Source: the human T2T-CHM13v2.0 reference genome, Homo sapiens. From it: 64,000 nt of DNA. A model generated the notes under the pieces. It saw nothing but the letters and a program-made list of their open reading frames with translations, was not told the DNA's origin and did not search any database. Each line of letters begins with the position of its first letter. The stretch's first letter is position 1. The DNA lies in contig CP068257.2 of the NCBI GenBank assembly GCA_009914755.4, positions 33,856,001 through 33,920,000 on the forward strand, written 5' to 3'. The position numbers and the translations under genes were made by a program. Shown here in pieces: positions 58,455-64,000 of the stretch.

Positions 58455-59122
58455 CTCTTTCACGGAGCTTGAGTAGTATTCCCTTTTGCAGAAATGCCTC
58501 AAATACTTCTGAGACATTGTATACCTCTTTACAATAGCTTGTCAGGGATTCGCAGTTTAGAAACTGCAAAACCGTGAGTAGGATGGCAATCATTCTTGAG
58601 TGACACCTTTTGGCAGGGCTATGCTTGCCATGGTCATACAACCATGGGGGATGAAATGAGGACCCAGTTGAAAGAACGTGATAACCCCAACATGCACAAA
58701 GTGCTCTGAGGCCTCTCAGCTAAGAGATGGCTGCACTTTTCAGCCTGCTTTGATTGCAATACAATCTGTAGGTGTGGTGATTTGGGTAATTAGATATCCA
58801 GTTATATGCAATATATTCTGTTTTCCTTTTCATTTAGGCTAAGACATTGATATGAGTGACTATTTACCTGAAGCAAGTAAAGATATTGGTATATATTATG
58901 AATGTAGAAAAGGTGAAAAATGCTAGAAATAGCACAAAAACTAGAGAAATGTCATGATATAACTCTTAATGAAGTTTCTGACACGTGTCTATGGTGTGTT
59001 TAATAACTGTGTATGCTGTATATTAAGTATGGAGAGAACCCTATCAAGATTGAGAGAACTCTTGTTTTGGTTAGGCACTGGGGAGAAATGAATCTACCAC
59101 TTCTGCGTTTTTAAGAAAATGT

Positions 59123-59440
59123 CCTAATCCTAACACTTCGGGAGTCCAAAGTGGGCAGATCTCTTGAGTCCAGGAGTTCAAGATCAGCCTGAGTAACATA
59201 GCAAGACATTGTCTCTACAAAAATTTAGCCGGGCATGCTGGCACATGCCTGTAGTCCCAGCTACTGTAGAGGCTGAGGCAGGGGGATCGCTTGTGCCCAG
59301 GAATTTGAGGCTACAGTGAGCTGTGATTGTATCACTGCTTTAGCCTGGGTGACAGAATGAGACCTGGTCTCCAAAAGAAAAGGAAACAAAAGAAGAGGAA
59401 AGAAAAGAGAAGAGAAGAAAGAAAAGAAAATGTTTTTGTT
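59123..59440 (+). mobile_element. Alu SINE, 5'-truncated by ~20 bp, with a long A/G-rich tail
   Basis: cctaatcctaacacttcgggagtccaaagtgggcagatctcttgagtccaggagttcaagatcagcctgagtaacatagcaagacattgtctctacaaaaatttagccgggcatgctggcacatgcctgtagtcccagctactgtagaggctgaggcagggggatcgcttgtgcccaggaatttgaggctacagtgagctgtgattgtatcactgctttagcctgggtgacagaatgagacctggtctccaaaagaaaaggaaacaaaagaagaggaaagaaaagagaagagaagaaagaaaagaaaa. Confidence 0.9.
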
Positions 59441-60193
59441 GAAGTACATGCACACATAGAACAGTGCAAAAATCATAAGTTTATATCTCAGCAAATTTTC
59501 TCAAAGTGAATATATCTATGTAACCCCCATGCCAGATCAGAAGATGGACATCCCAGTACACCAGGACCTTCACTTGGCCCCACCTGGCACTGGTCTTCTC
59601 TCCTTCATGTAACCACTATCCTGATGGGTGACCACACATCAGCTCCCCTGGTCTTTGAACTTCATAGAAATAGAATCATCCAGAATGTACCCTTTTGTAT
59701 TGGGCTTCTTTTACTCAACATTATTTGTGAGCTTTGTCAATGATGTGACTTGTAGCAGTAATTCATTCATTCTCATTTTTGGATAGTATTCCATTGCATG
59801 GATTATGCCCCAATTCATTTATACATTCTGCTATTGATCTAAGTTTTGACACTTACAAATACTTCTCCTATGAACATTCTTGTACATGTCCTTTGGTGCA
59901 TATGAGTTTATAATGTGTCTTTGTTTTAAATTTCTGTCCAATAAAACTCTGTCCAGTGTCTGGTGAAGCTGAAGTTCACATAGCACTTCAGGTTATGACC
60001 AAATTGCCACTGATGACCTGTTTTTAATGGTCTTACAGGCAAGGTTGTTATATTTTCAAAGCCAAAAGGTGAAAACGTGAAAAACTGCCTGAATACTTAG
60101 CCCCTAGCATGGGATAAAGAACATCTGAAAGGAAGTCAGAAAGTCTGAGTAATTTGAAAAAGTGCAAAAAGAGACCATGTAATCCATCCAAGG

Positions 60194-60565
60194 TGATATG
60201 GTTTGGCTGTGCCTCCACCCAAACCTCATCTTGAATTGTAGTTCCCATAATCCCCACGTGTCATGGGAGAGACCTGGAGGGATGTAATTGAATCCTGGGG
60301 GTGGTTACCCTCTTGCCGTTCTTATGATAGTGAGTTCTCATGAGATCTGATGGCTTTATAAGGGACTTTTCCCCCTTTGCTCGGCACTACTCTGTCTTGC
60401 CACCATGTGAAGAAGGACATGTTTGCTTTCTCTTCCACCATGATTGTAAGTTTCCTAAGGACTCCCCAGCCATGTGGAACTGTGAGTCAATTAAACCCCT
60501 TTCCTTTATAAATTACCCAGTTTTGGGTATTTCTTCATAGCAGTATGAGAACAAACTAATACAAG
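60194..60565 (+). mobile_element. MaLR LTR of THE1/MST type (MSTA-like)
   Basis: It starts tgatatggtttggctgtgcctccacccaaacctcatcttgaattgtagttcccataatccccacgtgtcatgggagagacctggagggatgtaattgaatcctggggg and ends ccatgtggaactgtgagtcaattaaacccctttcctttataaattacccagttttgggtatttcttcatagcagtatgagaacaaactaatacaa, the canonical THE1/MST termini. Confidence 0.88.
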
Positions 60566-62959
60566 AGGGTATTATGTTTGAAAGGAGCCTTAGAGAGGAA
60601 TGGTTCTCTTTTTTACTGGGTGAGGAAACTGAGGCCCAGGGAGATGAAATAACTCATTCAAGATCACATAGGTAGAAAGCAGCTGAACTGTGCCAGGGAT
60701 CTTTTCAACTCCTAGTTGGCTACTTCTATAAAATTAAACTGTCTACACTTTTAGAGCTAGACTGATGAATTTTAGAACGTGCCAGTGTAAGTCAAAATGT
60801 GAAAGAGGAGAACTTGTTTCAAACACCTTAAACTGAATTTCTACCCCAAAAAGAATTCATAAACACAACTCTCTGTCTCTTGATTTCCTCTGTCCTCACT
60901 CAAGCTGCTTCCCAGTGATACCCAAAATCCAAAATCCACCATGGCCTCCTCCAATTTGTTCTCCAAGTGGACAGCATGGCCTTTGCATATGTAAATCTGA
61001 TCCCTTTATGCCCTTCTAACACTTGTATTGTTCTTAGGATAAAGGTCCAAATCTTCAGGGTGCCCTAAAAGGACCCGGAGAGTCTCATTCTTTCCATTTC
61101 TCTCCTCCTTTGGAATGCTGGAATGCTGGAATGCTCTCCTCCTGTGCTATGCCTCCTTTGACTACACCTCCAACAAACCCTGCCCCATGAAGCCTTCTTT
61201 CCCTTAGAAGCTGGTTTAATTATCACTTCCTTGGGAATCTTCCCTAAGTTCCTGACTTGGTCCATGTCCCTATTACACCAGGCACCTACTCTTGGCTGCA
61301 TCCGTTGTAGCTGTAATACTACATTTACTTATCTGGTCTGTCCTTCAATTTGTGTTGGTCTCCCTTCTTAGACTCCATGAAGGTAGGGTCACATCTGTTT
61401 TTGCTCATGATACCTGATCCTCAACAAATATCTGTTTGGTGAACTAATATCTGAATGATTGTTTTCTAGTACTTTCTGTTTCATCATTTGTATTTGTAGA
61501 CCATCAAAAACAAGTCTGATACGTTTATCAGAATTTTACAAATTTACCACTATTTACTTAAATATCAATAACTATCAATTTAGATGAAGAAATGGAAGAT
61601 AGGCTAATCACATTTTCAGGTAACAAAAAGTTGGAAGGGACAACTGGGTAGAAGAATCAAGATTGTAAAAGTTTAGAATGACAAAGTAAATTTGAGCAAT
61701 CTTACAGCATGCACAGGACAAAATAGCATGTCCATTTTTGAAGTTCCAGAGGTGAATAAGCATGGTTCCTGAATTGAACAAGCTCATATCTGATGGAAAT
61801 ATAAAATGTGAGCATGACCTTACAACAACACTTCACATGCTTCCATCTGGTGTGAAATTATAAGGTCTCTAAATTAGCACTTTTTCCCCAGGGTTAGGCC
61901 CGATTATATGGAACTACCAGACGTAAGACAGCATATGATGAGTTCAGCTTCATTCTTGCTATTGAAGAAATAATTTTTCAACTGCTATGAGGTTTTCAAA
62001 AACTTTTAAATGTGATTTGGTGAAATTTTTTAATCTCACCAGAAGAGTATCTGGACATTTTTCTCAGTCAAATATGACTTCATCAAAAATATCACGTACA
62101 TACATTTAAAACGTCTATGACACAGCTATCATTCTGAGTGCACTTCTCCCTGCAACTACACCTGGAAGTCTCAGGGGTTCTTACCTACAGTAACCTAGGG
62201 CATAACCTGGCTGGTCCTCACGCCTGGCAGTCACCAAGATCCTATCTAGTTATCTCTTAGTAGATTTCTCCAAAATTGGTGCCAGCTACCAACTTATACA
62301 CACCCCAGTCCATATACCTCTAGGCCACCATTAATTGTACTGAATTGTCACCTTGATTCATGAAAATACAAAACAAAAAAGTAATTTTTTAAAACAGATT
62401 ACAGACACAAACTCTGATGTAAGTAGTAATAATGTAATACCTGGCTGAAATGCTGCCTTTGTCCACGCATGGATTTAATTAATATAGTCTCTCCCCTCTA
62501 GGGTGGACAGAAATATCCAGAGCTGTGCTATGAATTACGTACATGGAAGTTGTTATAGCCTATGTTTGAGAACCCCACTCCATCATCAAAAAGAAAGAAA
62601 AAAAAAAAAAGAGACCCACTCTCCATTACAGAGGGAATTGCATAGATAACCCTGGCCAGGATTCACGGAGAGATAATTTTATTTATGCTGGTTTCTTCTT
62701 TCCCTCCTTTAGCTATTCCCCATTGACTTGGATATAACTAACTTCCTTTCCTCCATATCCCACAATTTGGATAAAATAGGCAAATCCAGCTTTGAAAAGA
62801 AATTGACACTAGAAATCAAATTCAAACAGGAAATTCTATGATCAACTTATTTAAAGTATTAAAAATTATGTTCCAATTTTCAATATATGGTCTCCCCAGA
62901 TAAAGTTGAAGGAATGAGATTTGGTCCCATTAGATTGACAAAACGGAAATTATGTTTGG

Positions 62960-63319
62960 TGATATGATTTGGCTGTGTCCCCATCCAAATCTCATCTTGA
63001 ATTGTGGTTTCCATATGTCATGGGAGGGAGCTGGTGGGATGTAATTGAATCATGGCAGCCATTTCCCCCATGTTATTATTGTGATAGTAATTTCTCATGA
63101 TCTGATGGCTTTATAAGGGGCCTCCCCAGTTGCTCAGTTCTCATTCTTCTCTCTCCTGCTGCCATGTGAAGAAGGACATGTTTGCTTCCCCTTTCACCAT
63201 GATTGTACGCTTCCTGAGGCCTCCCCAGCATTGTTGAACTGTGAGTCAATTAAACCTCTTTCCTTAATAAATTACCCAGTCTTGTGTCTTTATTAGCAGC
63301 ATGAGAACAAACTAATACA
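62960..63319 (+). mobile_element. MaLR LTR of THE1/MST type (MSTA-like), second copy
   Basis: tgatatgatttggctgtgtccccatccaaatctcatcttgaattgtggtttccatatgtcatgggagggagctggtgggatgtaattgaatcatggcag ... ttgttgaactgtgagtcaattaaacctctttccttaataaattacccagtcttgtgtctttattagcagcatgagaacaaactaatacat. Confidence 0.88.
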
Positions 63320-63850
63320 TCTGGTAAATGTTTTAGGAGCAGACAATAGCCTCTTAAATATCTCTGAAAATACTAGAAAGTATAAGGGAAACCAAACCAA
63401 AAACTGTGCTGTAGAAATGTCTTGCGGCTCTTATTGCTTAAAAAAATACAGAGCATTCATTATTCAGATTTGTGTCCGTTCTATTTTAATGCTATCCAAT
63501 TAGATGTTCCTCCTGACAGGAGTTGGTTCCATCTAATAAATTCATTAAATTATGTCAACACTTATATGACAAGACTTGCAAAATCTTGTTCAGTACTCCC
63601 ATTACACCTCGTCAGCCCTCATGTAGAAAAGAGGACATCAACAAAAATTGAAAGCCAAAAATCTTCCTCATAAGAAAAAGAAGTTAACGTTTGAAAAGTC
63701 AGAAAGATTAATATTTTCTCCTCTTTTGTGGATAGTCTCATACCCTTGGGGCCTCATTTTCAAACTGGCTAAAAATGAAAGGATGAAAGAGTCCACAAAT
63801 GCATAGCATAATTAGTGTGGATTTACTGCAATGAGACATTACAACTTACA

Positions 63851-64000
63851 GAGACCCTCTCTCTACAAAAAAAAAAAAAAAAAAAAATTAGCCAGTATGG
63901 TGGCATATGCTTGCAGTCCCAGTTACTGGGGAGGCTGAGGGGGAGGCTGAGGTGGGAGGATCGCTTGAGCCCAGGAGGTCGAGGCTGCAGTGAGCTGTGA
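63851..64000 (+). mobile_element. Alu SINE fragment (5'-truncated, runs off the window end)
   Basis: gagaccctctctctacaaaaaaaaaaaaaaaaaaaaattagccagtatggtggcatatgcttgcagtcccagttactggggaggctgagggggaggctgaggtgggaggatcgcttgagcccaggaggtcgaggctgcagtgagctgtga. Confidence 0.85.

Noticed and set aside
60194-63319. A definite full-length THE1/MST provirus
   Set aside because: No matching 5-bp TSD is visible at the outer LTR edges, and the internal spacing (2.4 kb) exceeds the canonical ~1.6 kb. It is kept only as a hypothesis in the findings.

Overview
This window reads as hominid, most likely human, nuclear DNA from a gene-poor, AT-rich interval: an intergenic region or a large intron, at roughly 39-40% GC. 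I found no bacterial-style gene organisation and no convincing cellular protein-coding exon. The supplied ORF track comes from prokaryote-style ORF calling. Nearly all of its entries are chance ORFs in noncoding or repeat DNA. The only real long ORFs are the LINE-1 ORF1 and ORF2.

Interspersed repeats that I could read directly from the sequence dominate the content:
- A full-length young L1 (L1PA2/3-like, about 6.03 kb, minus strand, 20667..26695) has a 12-13 bp target-site duplication, an intact 338-aa ORF1, and an ORF2 broken only by a single-base T6->T7 homopolymer insertion.
- A second L1 is a 5'-truncated young copy (plus strand, 42685..44027) with a 16-bp TSD.
- There are eight Alu elements, including an AluY with a perfect 13-15 bp TSD.
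- At least eight MaLR LTRs (five or more MLT1, two THE1/MST-like, one MLT1-like) all lie in the same (+) orientation.
- Several MIR SINEs, a MER5-like hAT MITE and an ancient L1 ORF1-region fragment are also present.
- There are many microsatellites, including a compound (GT)n/(TA)n/(CA)n cluster with an internal ~290-bp tandem duplication and a perfect 62-bp x2 tandem duplication.

Beyond standard repeats, the items most worth follow-up are:
- The nearly intact L1, with its TSD and single-nucleotide ORF2 lesion.
- A roughly 175-bp low-copy sequence present three times within 7 kb, in both orientations.
- Two segments about 2.7 kb apart that are homologous in permuted order, next to the most CpG-enriched non-L1 block in the window.
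- A strong polypyrimidine-AG acceptor followed about 385 bp later by AATAAA.

I see no evidence of a novel multi-gene biological system. This is ordinary, accessory-like primate repeat landscape.
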